Of a DNA stretch of 64,000 nucleotides, positions 40,137-53,600 are shown one piece after another (the stretch's first letter is position 1; each line of letters begins with the position of its first letter). The notes beneath the pieces were generated by a model, which was not told the DNA's origin, made no database searches, and saw nothing but the letters and a program-made list of their open reading frames with translations. Source of the DNA: Paragordius varius (lineage: Eukaryota > Animalia > Nematomorpha); the NCBI GenBank assembly GCA_964247055.1, contig OZ176058.1, forward strand, positions 2,790,001-2,854,000, given 5' to 3'. A program made the position numbers and the translations under genes.

Positions 40137-40354
40137 TCTGATAAAAAATGTATATAAATTATAATAATCCCATTGGTTTCGGACCTTGCGAGTCTAAAGA
40201 TATTAACACTTTTGACTACTCCATATAGGAATATGCGATAGCACAGATTATAGTAAAAAATGCATTATAAAGTATGTTTAAAATGCAAAGCTCTAATTTA
40301 TTTCTTCTTTAGCAGTGGCTGCAGAAAGCTCAATTAAAAATGACGATGTTTTAG

Positions 40355-41583
40355 ACTTTGATTCAAATTGGGGTATCTAAATACCCCAGACTAAATTTAA
40401 ATTAATATTTTTAAAAAACTACTGAAGGAAACAATCCTAATTTAAATTTATGCTTCTATCCTGATATATATTATATAAATATGCCAAAACATATTGATAG
40501 TTTTGAAAAAAAAACTCCATCTCAAACTACTTTGACGCCATTTTTATTTTACAAAATTTTTGCAAAATATCGTTTTATTTTATTTTAAGGGTAAAACTAA
40601 ACAATTTTTTATATAAATTACATCTAACATTCATAGAAATAGAAAAAGCGGTTTAGTTTGTATAATTTTTCAATTTTACAATTTGACACATGTCGCGTTG
40701 ACGAAATTTTTATCTTTCGGTTTTAGCTTAAAATAAGTAATATCAAGTATTTTTGAATAAATTTTTTTATATTTCGGTTTATTAATGTTATATAAGTGCA
40801 AAATTTTGCCATGGTTTTGATTTCTTCTATATTTTTTAAAGAATTTAAAATTAAACAGGCATGGGGTATCCAACTACCCCAATTTGAATCGAAGGACTAA
40901 AATGAGTGTGTTGTATCCAAGTGTTAAATTAAGCGGTAAAAATGGCGAGATCGTGAGAAAAATAAAGCATAAGCTAGATTATGGCATCAAAAAAATTAAA
41001 AATGCATAATTTATTTATTTAACACTTGGATACAACACATTCATTTTAGTCCTTCGATTCAAATTGGGGTAGTTGAACACCCCAGGCCTGTTCAAAATTA
41101 AATCCTTTGAAAAATATGGAAGGAATCGAAACCAGAGCAAAATTTTGCACTTATAAAACATTAATAAACCGAAATATATAAAATTTTTTCACAAATAATT
41201 GATAACACTTATTTTAAGCTAAAACCGAAAGGTAAAATTTAGTCAACGAGACATTTGTGCAATGATAAAATTGAAAAATAATATAACCGGGTTTTCTATT
41301 TCTATCAATGTTAGATGTAATTCAAATAAAAATTAACTTTAATTTTACCCTTAAAATTAAATGAAAACGATATTTTGCAAAAATTTTGTAAAATAAAATG
41401 GCGTCAAGGTAGTTTGACATGGAACTTATATTTGAAAACAAATTTTTTTATGATATCTTGGCAAATTTATCTAATTTTTATAAAGATAGAAACATAAATT
41501 TAAATTGAGACCGTTTCCTTCAGTATTATTTAAAAATCCCGACTCAAATTTAGTTTGGGGTAACGCCAATTTGAATCGAGGTA
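40355..41583. mobile_element. Two family D elements in inverted orientation separated by about 100 bp
   Basis: GTGTGTTGTATCCAAGTG|TTAA (ends 40923) mirrors TTAA|CACTTGGATACAACAC (starts 41023). The arms align over about 560 bp. Confidence 0.8.
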
Positions 41584-41859
41584 TTAAAATCTAAATTTTT
41601 TGCAGCTTTCTTTGAAGCTTATTTTATGGTGTTTCTAAAAATGGCGAAAATGTTTTTAAAAACTTTAAAACAATGGCTACCAATCATATGTTCACACCCA
41701 ACCAAATAACCTCCCTTCCGTCTTTTAAAATAAAACAAAGATGAAAAGCAAAATTTATTATAATGTTAAAAAAATGGAATTTAATGATATTTTATCTGTT
41801 GTTGTAATATTATTTCCATATCCGGGAAAAAGTTTTTTATAATTTGCACATGATCCTCA

Positions 41860-42180
41860 TTAATAAATTGTGTTAATTTTATTGTTTAATTGAACCAAGG
41901 CTGAAAATTCAGTTTTAAATACGTTTATTTGAAAAGATCAAATACATAAGGCGATTTAATTTTGGTTGCATGATGCGCTTTTATCCAAAATTTCTGGATA
42001 TTAAGATTAGCAAAGTCGTTTCTAATAGTTGAATTTGATTTTATTTTCTAACTTCACTACTATCGCAAGAGTTAGCATCAATTGTAAATGGATTTGTTAA
42101 GTTAACTGACCACCCAGATAAAGGACCTGGTAAATTTTAGCAAATTCTCCACAAAAAAATTCATATGAACAAATTTTCAT
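41860..42180 (-). pseudogene. Probable decayed hAT (Charlie/FAM200-like) transposase C-terminal fragment
   Basis: Broken minus-strand peptides ..NPFTID..QIQLLE, KFWIK and FSALVQL resemble the hAT dimerisation region. Many stops and frameshifts. Confidence 0.4.
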
Positions 42181-44690
42181 AATATAAAAATCAGTAACGA
42201 AAAATAATATGTGGATAACCATCTAATAATCATAACTTCTCTGCTGTAATTTTATAATTATGAATCAATTATCAAATAATGGTAAACATTATTTCAACCC
42301 TCCCCCCCCCCCAGTTTCTACGCCACTCTTGGAAAAGGTTTTTTGGGGAGCTTGAATATATAATTAGACTTCATTTATATAATATTGTTATCATAAAAAT
42401 ATTAAAAAAAATTAATGATAGCTGTTTACGCCACACCTTCAACATTTTTTAGTTTAAACCTTAAAATTGCTAAAGCGAAAATGTTGATAAAATAATCTTG
42501 AAATCTTAAATTTCTCAAGGCTGTTGTAGCATAATATTACCTCTTAGAATAAAATATACATTTTTTGTTTAAACACTAAAGCAGGAATGTCCAACATAAA
42601 TGGCTACGAGGGGCCGCATTTGAAACATACATGGGCATTCATAATTAAGAATTTAAACAAAAAACGCTAAATGCCAACTCAATATTACAACTTTTTTCTA
42701 ATTTTTGCCATGTGGATAGAATTTGTAGAAAAAATTGTTAAGAAAAATCAATTTCGTTTATATTTTGTAAGCTTATTTTTTGCAAATTACGAATTTTCAA
42801 ATATTTTGTGGGTCGTACTTAAATTCTTGGCAAGCCCATGTTAGACACCCATGTACCAAAAGAATAAGTTTATGCAGATTTATTATAAACCCAATAATTG
42901 TTGACCAACTAACAATTCACTTAATTGAGAAATATTTTATTTAATGTAAGAATGTATGGATTTTTTTTATTCTTTTGTTTTATTGGAACAAAGTTTTACT
43001 GCCCGTATATATCAAAAATTTTCCCATATTAACATTTTAAACGACCCATAAATTAATATATAGGCATTTACTGAATTCACAACGCCAGCACTTCGATTCA
43101 AATTGGGGTAACTAGTGACCTTCGACCATATTTAAATTGATATATTAAATAACTATTGAAAGAAGTTCCAATTTTTGGCCTATATCTTAATAAATATGTT
43201 ATAAATAAGCCAAAATATCTGATAAATTTGTTTTGAAAAAAAAACTCCATATCAAACTACTTTAAGGCCATTTTTATTTTAGAACAATATGGCAAAATAT
43301 CGTGCTCTTCTAACGCTAAAATAAAATTTAATTTGTATTTATAATCACTTCCAGAATTAATATAATTAAAATAGGTTTATTTTGAAGTATTTATGTATTT
43401 AATTATTGTAGAGTCATGTTGGTTACTTCATGTTTATAAGTTTAAATACGTATCAGGTTTTTTAGAATGAATCTTTTTTATTTGGGTTCATCGATGTTAT
43501 ATCAGTCCAAACCTTTGCAGCGGTTTTAATTTGTTCCATTAGAAATTTTAATTAAACAGGCATGGGGTTCCCAGTGACCCCACTTTGAATCGGTTATATA
43601 ACCAATCTATTGTTGCTAACAAGAATGATTTTAACCTAAATAAGGTAACCCAATTAAATTGCTCGTGTTAGGTATTTACATAAATTGTGAATAAAAACAA
43701 TTGAAAACTTTTAATGAGTTTAATATCATATTGAAATATATACCAGTTACAATTCAAATTCACCCTTAAACAAATTCACTCTCGAACAATTTAAATTTAT
43801 CCTATATGTGTTTTTGGGCTAATATAACTCATCATTAATATGAACTATATTTTTACGACATTTCTATTTTAGCATTATATTAATTTTTAACAAAATTTTA
43901 TTTTTAAAAAATATTTAAAAATATAGGCAATTTTTAATGTAGAAAAACACATAAATTATTTATGGTGAATTTAAATAGTTCGAGGGGGAATTTAAATTGT
44001 TCAAGGGTGAATTTGAACTGTAAATGCTATATTAAATTTTTGCTTATATCAGGATTATAGTGTTGATGTCAATTTACCGATAAACCATTTTTAATGAAAA
44101 ACAGATGGCACATTTTATTTTAATATACCTGTAAATTAATATTTTAATAATAAAAATAAAAAATATAAATAAAATTTAATTTATAATTATTTGATTTAAA
44201 AATATTTAATATTAATATTTTTTAGGTTAAAAAATTAAAATATATCATTGCTAAAACAACATGTTACCGCCAACGCCATATAAGAGAAATAAATGCAAAA
44301 ATACGCTAAACAGCTGATAATTTTTTAAATAATTTTATGAAAAAACTTACAGCTTATGTTGATAAATTTTACAAAAATGATTAATTCTACAAAAAAACAT
44401 ACATTTTTTTTTCAAAAGCCCGCTATACTTTTTTAATACTACATTCCTCTTTCGCTTTTTTTGCCATGTTCGCCTTTCGGGGTAATGTTATATCCCAGAG
44501 CTCAATTTGGAAATAACCTACAGTTTAGTTTGAAAAATTACTTTAGTTGAAGTTTAAATGTTAAAAATAGTTGCCATGTATTAGATAAAAAAAGCAAAAA
44601 TTTTATACAGTTTTGTAACTTCTAGAGTCTAAAATTGCAACAGCGTCAAAACACGATTGGTACGAACAGCTGATATCAAAATCATATACA

Positions 44691-45381
44691 CCATTTGCAC
44701 CTCAAGAGTGTCCTTGAACACTTCAAGTTTGTCCTTGAACATTTCGAGTTAGTCCTTGAACAGTTCAAGTTGGTCCTTGAACAATTCAAATTGGTCCTAG
44801 AACATTTCATGTTGGTGCTTAAAATTTTTAAATTTTGATTTAACCATTATTTTTGCATTTATTTTTTTAATTTATTATTTTTAACTTAATATTGTTTATT
44901 TATTATATATATATTCATTTAAAAATAAAATTTTTTATTGAAAAACCACTTTTTTGTTTCAAACTATTTTTTTTCAATTGAACAAAATTATTAACTTTTT
45001 GTAATTAATAATCGGAAAACTTGTATAATTTTCCATTTGTGTTAAAATCTTATAAATACCAAAATTATTTTAAGAAATTAATAAATATATACGGTTTCTC
45101 AAAGATTAAAAGTTGGTATCAATTTAAAATTTATAGGTTAAAAACAATAAAATAGATGTATTATTTACGATTTGATTGATAAAAGTTAAAAACATAACAG
45201 AAAAGTGAAAGGACCAACTCGAAACTGTTTAAGGACCTAATTGAACTGTTTAAGGACCAACTTGAATTGTTCAAGGACAAACTTAAAATGATCATGGACC
45301 AACTTGAACTGTTCAAGGACCAACTTGAAATGTTCAAGGACCAACTTGTAGTGTTCAAGGACACTCTTGAAGTCAAAATGG
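44691..45381. mobile_element. MITE family C copy
   Basis: TACA|CCATTTGCAC .. AAAATGG|TACA, with 21-bp GTCCTTGAACANTTCAAGTTG repeats in both arms. Confidence 0.8.
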
Positions 45382-47875
45382 TACAAGTTTTTCTGGTTAT
45401 TGTAGCCTGAAAGCTTTTAAAGCTAATACATTTTTTCTTAAAACAATGTACGATAACGTAATTGTAAATAACGGATTGGTTATGTTCTGTAATAACAGTT
45501 GTTAAAATCCGTAATATAACGATAAAGGATAATTAAATAGAATTAAATGAAAGTATAAATAGAAATTATAAACGATATGTGAGACCCTTCGTCAATAGTA
45601 ATCACAGACTAGTTTCGTGCTTGTTAGCACTCATCAGTACGACACAACTATTTGACTTGGGGTTTTCACATATCGATTTCGTATATATATCCAGCTTTGC
45701 ACTTTTGGTATAAATGCAGTTGGTTATAAGAATTTAAATTAGATTTAATGGAATTTATGAAAAATAGAAAATTAACTCTAGGGGTGAGCCTAGATTTAGA
45801 GTGTAGCTATATAGGGATTTCATAATCAGTTTTCAGTTTATTTTCAAATTTTCAATTTAATTTTCATAAATTCCATTAAATCTAATTTAAATTCGTATAA
45901 CCAGCTGCATTTATACCAAAAGTGCAAAGTTGGATATATATACGAAATCGATATGTGAAAACCCCAAGTCAAATAGTTGTGTTGTACTGATGAGTGCTAA
46001 CAAGCACGAAACTAGTCTGCGATTACTATTGACGAAGGGTTTCACATATCGTTTATAATTTCTATTTATACTTTCATCAAATTTAAATAAAAAATTAGCC
46101 TTAAATTTTACCCTTAAAATTAACGATATTTTGCAAAAATTTTGAAAAATAAAAATGGCGTCGAAGTGGTTTGACATGGAACATTTTTTCAAAATCAAAT
46201 TTTATTTAAATATTTTGGCATATTTATATATAATTTTTTAGGATAGAAGCATAAATTTAAAGTGGGACGGTTTCCTTCAGTAGTTTTTTAAAAATCCTAA
46301 CTCAAATTTAGTCTGGGGTATTTAGATACCCCAATTTGAATCGAAATGTTAAATTGGTAAAATATTTTTTTCTAAAAAGCAAATTAAATATAAACGATAC
46401 AATCTAACCACTAAACCATTTCATCCATTTTATGATTCGATGTACAGTAATTGGATTTTTATTTTTATTTAAACACCTATTCTTGGATCAATTTTCACAC
46501 TTCTTTTCTTAATTTTGCTAAAGGGTATGGCGATTACCCGTCTGCCACCTGTCCACACATTAACTTAAATCGAACTAACAAATTTAGGCCATCTGTTAAA
46601 TTATTATTGTATTATATTTATTCTCTATAATAAATAAAATTCATTTTCGATATATTTTGTTTTGGTTGGAATATCTCACCACCCACACCACGAATGCGGC
46701 CTTAAAACTCTTTTTTCATGGCCCTGATTTACTTATTTTTTAATATAAGTTTAGATTGCTATAAATATTTATCACTATTTGAAGCACCAGTTAAATTTCA
46801 AGAAAAATTTACGGCCCTTTTAATTTTTTTGGTGAGTACAATTGCTTTAACACTGTTTGATCTAGGGTAGTAACAATTTAAGTTTTTAATTGACTAATGT
46901 ATTTTAAACGACGGAGAGTCCTAATGTCTGCACAAGATTATTTGGTATTTACTGACATGAAACTATAATTAATAAAAAAAACGAAGGATATCAAACCAAT
47001 ATTTCCATTTTAATTAGCATCAATATCAACTTAAATTATATTTCGGAAACAAATCATAAAGCCATCATTTCCCATTTTTATAAATATATAGGTGACCATA
47101 AATAATGTTTTATTATCCATATATTTTTTAATATCCTATACACATGATAGATAAACAAATAATAAAACAATAAACTAATACGATTATGTTTAAAATCAAT
47201 AAAGTCTGATTGATCATTCAATTGTCTCGTTTGAATATTGAGATAGACAATTTTAATTGAAATGAGCATAATATATTTTTGATTTTATGAGCAATTTTGG
47301 TATGTGGCATGTTATAAAATGATTCACTCTCAAGTTTTCTAAAATTTGGCTCCAAAGGCATGCTGTATCGATATGATGGTGCAGTTGTAGGGGGTTGCTC
47401 CCTACCCAGAGACCAATATAAAAATGTAGTTAGATAAAAAAAATTGTCTTTATACCTGGAATGATCATTCATTCCTAATAGTTTATGGAAGAATGGCTTT
47501 AAAACTAAATAATACTTCAATGATAGCGCTTTTTTTAGGGAGCAAAGGGCCTATAACGGCTAATTCAAAAAATCCGCTCGACTAAAATTTTTGACTTTTT
47601 ATGGGTAATACTTTAAGCAGCTATTGAACTCATATGGCCTGATAGGTTTTCTGATTTAGCCCCAAAAGCACGCTATTTCGATATGACAGGTCAGTTTTTC
47701 GCGGGTAGCTCCTTACCCAGAAGCTACCATCAAAGAAACGCTTGATTAAATTTTTGCATATTAACAGGGAATACCTTGAATCCTTATTGAATTTTTACGT
47801 TATCATACTATTATCTGGGGACGACAATGTAAAGTATATATTGTATATCACAACAACAAACGCGTTATATCATGA

Positions 47876-47910
<35 letters not shown>

Positions 47911-50603
47911 AAGATAATTAGGTTTAATTTATTCCTATATAAATCAAGGTGAGATGTTTGCTTATATACAATTATCTCAAGGTATAATAATAATATTCAC
48001 AAGTGGTGGGGAGGTTATAATAATATAATAATAGTATACAGATAAGTTAATAGGTTAATGTACTGATATATAACGAATGTTGTGTGTTTAACCTAATCGT
48101 GTAATAACAGGTCTATTTAAATTAGCCTGGCAGTTACACTCTAACACATACCTTGGGCGAAAAATAGATTCAAAAAATTATTTTTGTTTTAGTTTTTTGA
48201 AAAAAGTGGCATTTTACGGGGAGAGCGGGTAAAAAGAGGGCCTAAATTAAAAAGCGAGCCGACTATGTTCGGCCCAATCGAAAAAAAAGTAAAATATAAT
48301 AATATTGGAAATCAATGGTCCAACACGTTTTCCGGAAAATTGTCTCAAAAACGATTTTTGTGGACTTTTGTTTTCAAAAAATCCCGTTGTTTACACGGGG
48401 TCGGCCCGAACTGGGGGCCTAATTCAAAAAAGGGCGAAGCTATTGTCGGGGCATTCATTAATGATTATATTTTCTCGATATTTGGATTTGAATGGGTTTA
48501 CCGGTTTTCCGGAAACAGATGACAAAGCGAGCATTTTCCATTTATCAATATATAGATTATCGGCATTTTTGCGTTTTATTTAAGAAAACTAGCCCTTTTT
48601 AAAAAAGCGAAAAATGGGCTTTTCGGAGGCCACATAAAATTTGATTTTAAAATATTGTTTTGCTTTTTATAGGCAGTTTATGATAAATTTAATGTTGTTT
48701 TTTAGAATGAAGCATTTAGCTTTCACCAAAAAATTAAATGATGTTCGCGAATTTTGCCATTTTCTGATATGGAGAACTTGCCATAAAAGTGTAAATAACT
48801 TTTAGAAGACTAGCAAAACCAAAAGCACCATGAGATTCCTGATAAATTTTTCTATCAGCATATATTTATTTCTTCAAGTATTTTTTTTTATAATTCGTAC
48901 ACTGTGTAATAAAAAGAATTTATTTTTTACGAAGACCTTGAGTATAATAAGCCCCATTTCAATTTAGAATCACCGTAAAATGACATTTTTTTAAAAAAGA
49001 TATCTACAGAAATAATTTTTTTTAAAAGCAATATACCGACCAGGTTATGGAACTATAAATTAAAGAAATCAATAGTACTTTTAGGCATCCCCAGATTATA
49101 GGTAAAAACTTTTGCACAGATTTAGCCGCTTAGACTCTAAAACCATACTATTACTTGATTTTTCGTAAATTAATATTTAATTACAATAAGCAATTGTTGT
49201 TTTAACAATTTTCCTCTCTATTTCATACTTTGTAGATTAAAACAATGTGTTATATTCGGATAAATCAAGGTTTAAAAAGCATATCGCAATCTTTTGAAAA
49301 AATGTCTATGTTTTTTTCCCTTTATGTGTATAATTTCAATTTTTATTGTAAAAGTAATGTGGCTTCTTTAAACAAATTTTTAAAAAGTCATGAGCCATCT
49401 ATTTAGATTCAAAACATTAGTATAGCGCCTTTTTAAAAATACTGGGGAGGATAACTTTCGTAAAATGCGCTAGCATATGTAAAATAACAAATTTTCTGTA
49501 GTTTTGATAATGTAAAATTAATTGGGTTTAAGCAGGGGTGTCTAAGACGAATCGTTCGGCAGGCAAAAGTGCTCTAAGAAATGTGAAAAAATAAAAAAAT
49601 GGAGTTTACACAAAATTTAACTACTATTTAGAAAATATATCATCCAAAATTGGATTTAGAAGGATTTGAAAAACCTCAAATAATCAAAGCTGCCCACGAG
49701 GACATTTATGTTGGGCACCCTTGCTTTTAAATATACCATTTACGGCTCAATTCAACCTTAAACAATTCAGATTCAGAGCAAACGGTCCAAAAATGTTGAT
49801 TTTTCTCAAAGTCTCATCTTATATATTTTTCGATATTTGTTTATAATTTTTAACAAAGTTAATATTAACCCTACTTTGGATACATATTATCAATTAAGAA
49901 AATAAAAATACATAAATAAATTTATTTTATTGAAATGTACATGATATGGAATATATAAATATATAAAAGCTAATTTCAAATATTTATATAAAGTGTAAAA
50001 AATGCTTGGACCTATAAATGCAAAAAATGATTTTTTTGGCCTCCAGATTTCATTTTTGTGCATGTGCGCGCCTTTTTTCCAGAAAATTCGTAAATAAATT
50101 TTTTAAATTTTACACAAAAATTAAAAACACAGAAAGGTTAAGATCATATGGTTGTGTTACATATATCACGTTATGCTTGTTTATCAAAAACAAAAAAAAT
50201 ATAAATTATTGCTAAATTAAATGTTTGTAATAATGCAAATCTCTCAAATCCATTTCGAAAATTATCTTAAATTATCAATATTTTTGTGACATTTATAAGT
50301 AAACTTACAATACAATATATATTTCGTTTATAATAAATTTTACATAAAAATTTTGATTTTGTTGTGTCTCAGTATGACTAATAGTATAAAAAGGTAAATA
50401 GCAGAAATTTTTTTAAAATCCATATTTTTAACGCTTTTTTTTCATTTTTTTCGGGAGTTTCAATAAAACTTAGCTCTTTAAACTTATTTAAAAAGAATGT
50501 ATATAATTTAAAATTCATTTTAACGCTTTTTTTCCGTTCTTTTCGGAAGTTTCAATAAAAATTAGCTCTTTAAACTCTTTCAAAAAGAATGTATAATATA
50601 TAT

Positions 50604-53600
50604 TTAAAATTCATTTTGATGCTTTTTTGTGGTGTATGGAGATGATTGGCAAATATCAGCTAACCGTTTAAACTGTGGTCCCCAATCGGCAATACAATCG
50701 AAATTTATGTCATTTTCCGTGTCATCTAAATCGTTGTCTAACATTAAATGATGGTCATTTGGTTCGCCATCAACTAATTTTTTTGGTGTAAAAAAGAAAT
50801 AAAAATAAATTTTTATATTTTAAATTTTAGTTTATTTTTACGTTTGACAAAGATTACTTGTAGTAATCGAAATATTATAATAAATTTATATAATTTTAGC
50901 TGAATTATAACTGCATATATAATTATATAAATTAATTTACATTATTTAATTAAATTTAAAATTTGGCAAAAAAATTTATGTAAAACGAAAAACCAAATAT
51001 ATTTTACTAAAATAATCCACAATTTTTACGAATAAACAAATAAGCAGTATTTAGCGTATAACTCGTAAAATTACAATTTTTTACAATTTAATGCGTTTAA
51101 AAATCAAAATTGAACATTTTTATTGCTCACATAAAATTTATAACCCCCTAACATTCGCTAAACCAAATTTGAAAAATAAAAAAAATCAGCATAATAGACC
51201 TTAAAATTCCCAAAAATTCTTAAAAATATTCAAAATTTACAATTTTTTTGCCAAAAATGCCCTAATCTGCAAAATTATCTACATTAATATCAGTCATTTT
51301 TTATTTATTTTAAAAAACGGCATAGACATATTTTTGTTCTAGACCCCACAGTAAACTGTGGCGAGTTAGTTTTTTTTCGCGCTAAACCTTAAAATTAAGT
51401 AAAAAATGCACCCTTTTATCAAAACGCCAAATCCCTTTAAAATTCCATTTAATTTTAAAAATCATTTATTCTCTATATACCCAAAAACATTTTTGGTTTA
51501 ATTGCTGACCCATATTAAGATTAAATAGGTCGAGAACGTTTTTCGCACAAATCTCACAAAAATTTATCCTTAACTAAATTTTAACTTAAAAAACACCTTT
51601 ATATGAACAATCCTTGTAAAATCCCATTAACCCAAAAACCTCCCCAAAAAACACACCTTAAAAACTTTTTTAATTAACCTGTATTTATGTGGCGAGATAG
51701 TTCTTTCGCACAAAACTTTTAATATCCTCAAAAACACTTTAAAACTCTTTCAAATTTTCCAAAAAACACTTTTTGGTTAAATTACCAATTTGTATTAAGA
51801 CTCGGTATCGAAATTTGTCAAAATGAAAGTTTTCACACTTAACTCAAAAATTAAGTAAAAAATACCCTTATATCCTTAATATACCATTTACAGTTCAAAT
51901 TCACCCTTAAACAATTCAAATTCACCCTCGAACAATTCAAATTCACCTTTGAACAATTCAAATTCACCCTCGAACAATTCAAATTCACCCTCAAATAAAT
52001 AACATGTTTTTTAAGATTAAAAATTACCTATATTTTAATATATTTTTAAAAAATAAAATTTTGATTTAAATTAAAATAATACTGAAAAAAATAATTAATT
52101 ATGCCATAAAGGTATATTTTATATTAATAATGAGTTATATTAGTTCGAAAACATATAATTAATTTTTAGGGTGAATTTGAATTGTTCGGAGGTGAATTTG
52201 AATTGTTCAAGGGTGAATTTGAATTGTTCGAGGGTGAATTTGAATTGTTTAAGGGTGAATTTGAACTGTAAATGGTATAACACCTCAAAATTGACATTTC
52301 CCCCCTAAAATCTCAAAAATTAGCGCATAAAGCACACAGTAAAAACTTTTTTTCCAGTTTAATTACTAACTAAACCTGTATTTAAACTAGATAGGGAACT
52401 GTGTCGCGATAGCGGACGCCCCACATTAGGCAGGAGCTGAGATGAATCAATCCTTTCATCGCCCTCATAAGCAAAATGGAATGGGGTATAAAAACTTTTC
52501 TCCAACATTGAATTATCGCTTTTAGGCAAATTATCATGGCGGCATTCATCAGGATCATAAACGCTAAAATCTTGTAATCTAACTGCATCTAATCGTTGAC
52601 GTATTTTATCGGCTAGAGATGACCCGCTGGTATATTCATTAGATTTTTCTGTTTTAAGGGATAAAAAAAGATTAAAACAGTCAAAATTATAAAAAATGGT
52701 TTACTAAATATTGAAGTAATTTTCTTGTTAGTAAATTTTATTTGGGGTTTATTATCATGACACGTTTTTTGCATTTAAGATTTCAATTAACATGAATAAA
52801 ATAATTTTTTGACTTATACCTTTTTTTCAAGAGGAAATTAATAGGCATCTTACACTTGTTTAATAAAAGTTGCAAATTTTAACCAACTACCAGAACGCCC
52901 CAGCAGTGTGGCATAGTGCATATTATTTTATTGTGTGGAATTTTGATTTGGTTGACTAGCCAATAATATAAAGTTTTTATTTTTTTAAATAGGTTTTTTC
53001 CAATAATTTGACATTTTAACAATGTTAATCATCATTTTGAAAAATTATATCAAAACACTTTTTAACCCCAACTTTAAACTCATGTCTTTCCACCAACATT
53101 TTCTCCTTTTAAATCACATTTTTTTAAACCTATTATTTTTCCATAAAAACTCCAAATTTCTATACCAGAAAGCCCTAACGTGCCGTAAATTATTAGGTTA
53201 GAAAAAGAAATTTGATTTGGTTGAGTAACCAAAGATTTAGAAATTTTTATATTTTTCAATAAGTTGTTTCCAAAAATTAATATTTTAATCAACCATCTTC
53301 TTTTCAATTTTAGCCAATAATTTTTTCATAAAACTTTAAATTACCAGAACGCCCTAGGAGTGTGGCATAATGCAAATTATTTGGTTGATTTTGATTTGGT
53401 TGAGTAACCAATAGTTTGGTTGTCGTTATGGGTCTCCTCAATCGATCAAGGTCAAAATTGGTACAATCACTTTCAGTTCCATCGTAATACATAGCGCCTC
53501 CTGGGGTATTACCATTCATTAAATCTGTAAAAGAAATGAAAAAATTTGGTTAAAATAAACATTTTTATAGAATTTTTTTGGTCAAAAATGGAAAAGTTTA

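Noticed and set aside
45161-45376. Repetitive Ser/Leu/Trp ORF; also MITE-derived ORFs such as 38196-38423, 45911-46198 and 63321-63530
   Set aside because: Translations of MITE 21-bp repeats or TIRs.
47350-47760. Diverged direct repeat (CCAAA.GCA.GCT.T.TCGATATGA..GCTCC.TACCCAGA) and ORF 47218-47520
   Set aside because: Two diverged copies only, with no exon, TIR or RNA-gene identity assignable.
47828-48150. Possible solo LTR (TG..CA)
   Set aside because: No TSD, primer-binding site or second copy.
48180-48620. GC-richer segment with ORFs 48265-48522 and 48305-48583 and TTTTCCGGAAAA palindromes
   Set aside because: No recognisable protein or RNA motif and no splice-consistent neighbours. 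Probably a transposon fragment, but I found no termini or TSD.
49040-49150. IWGCLK peptide resembling a Tc1/mariner transposase motif
   Set aside because: A single short motif flanked by stops, with no other DDE/D elements.
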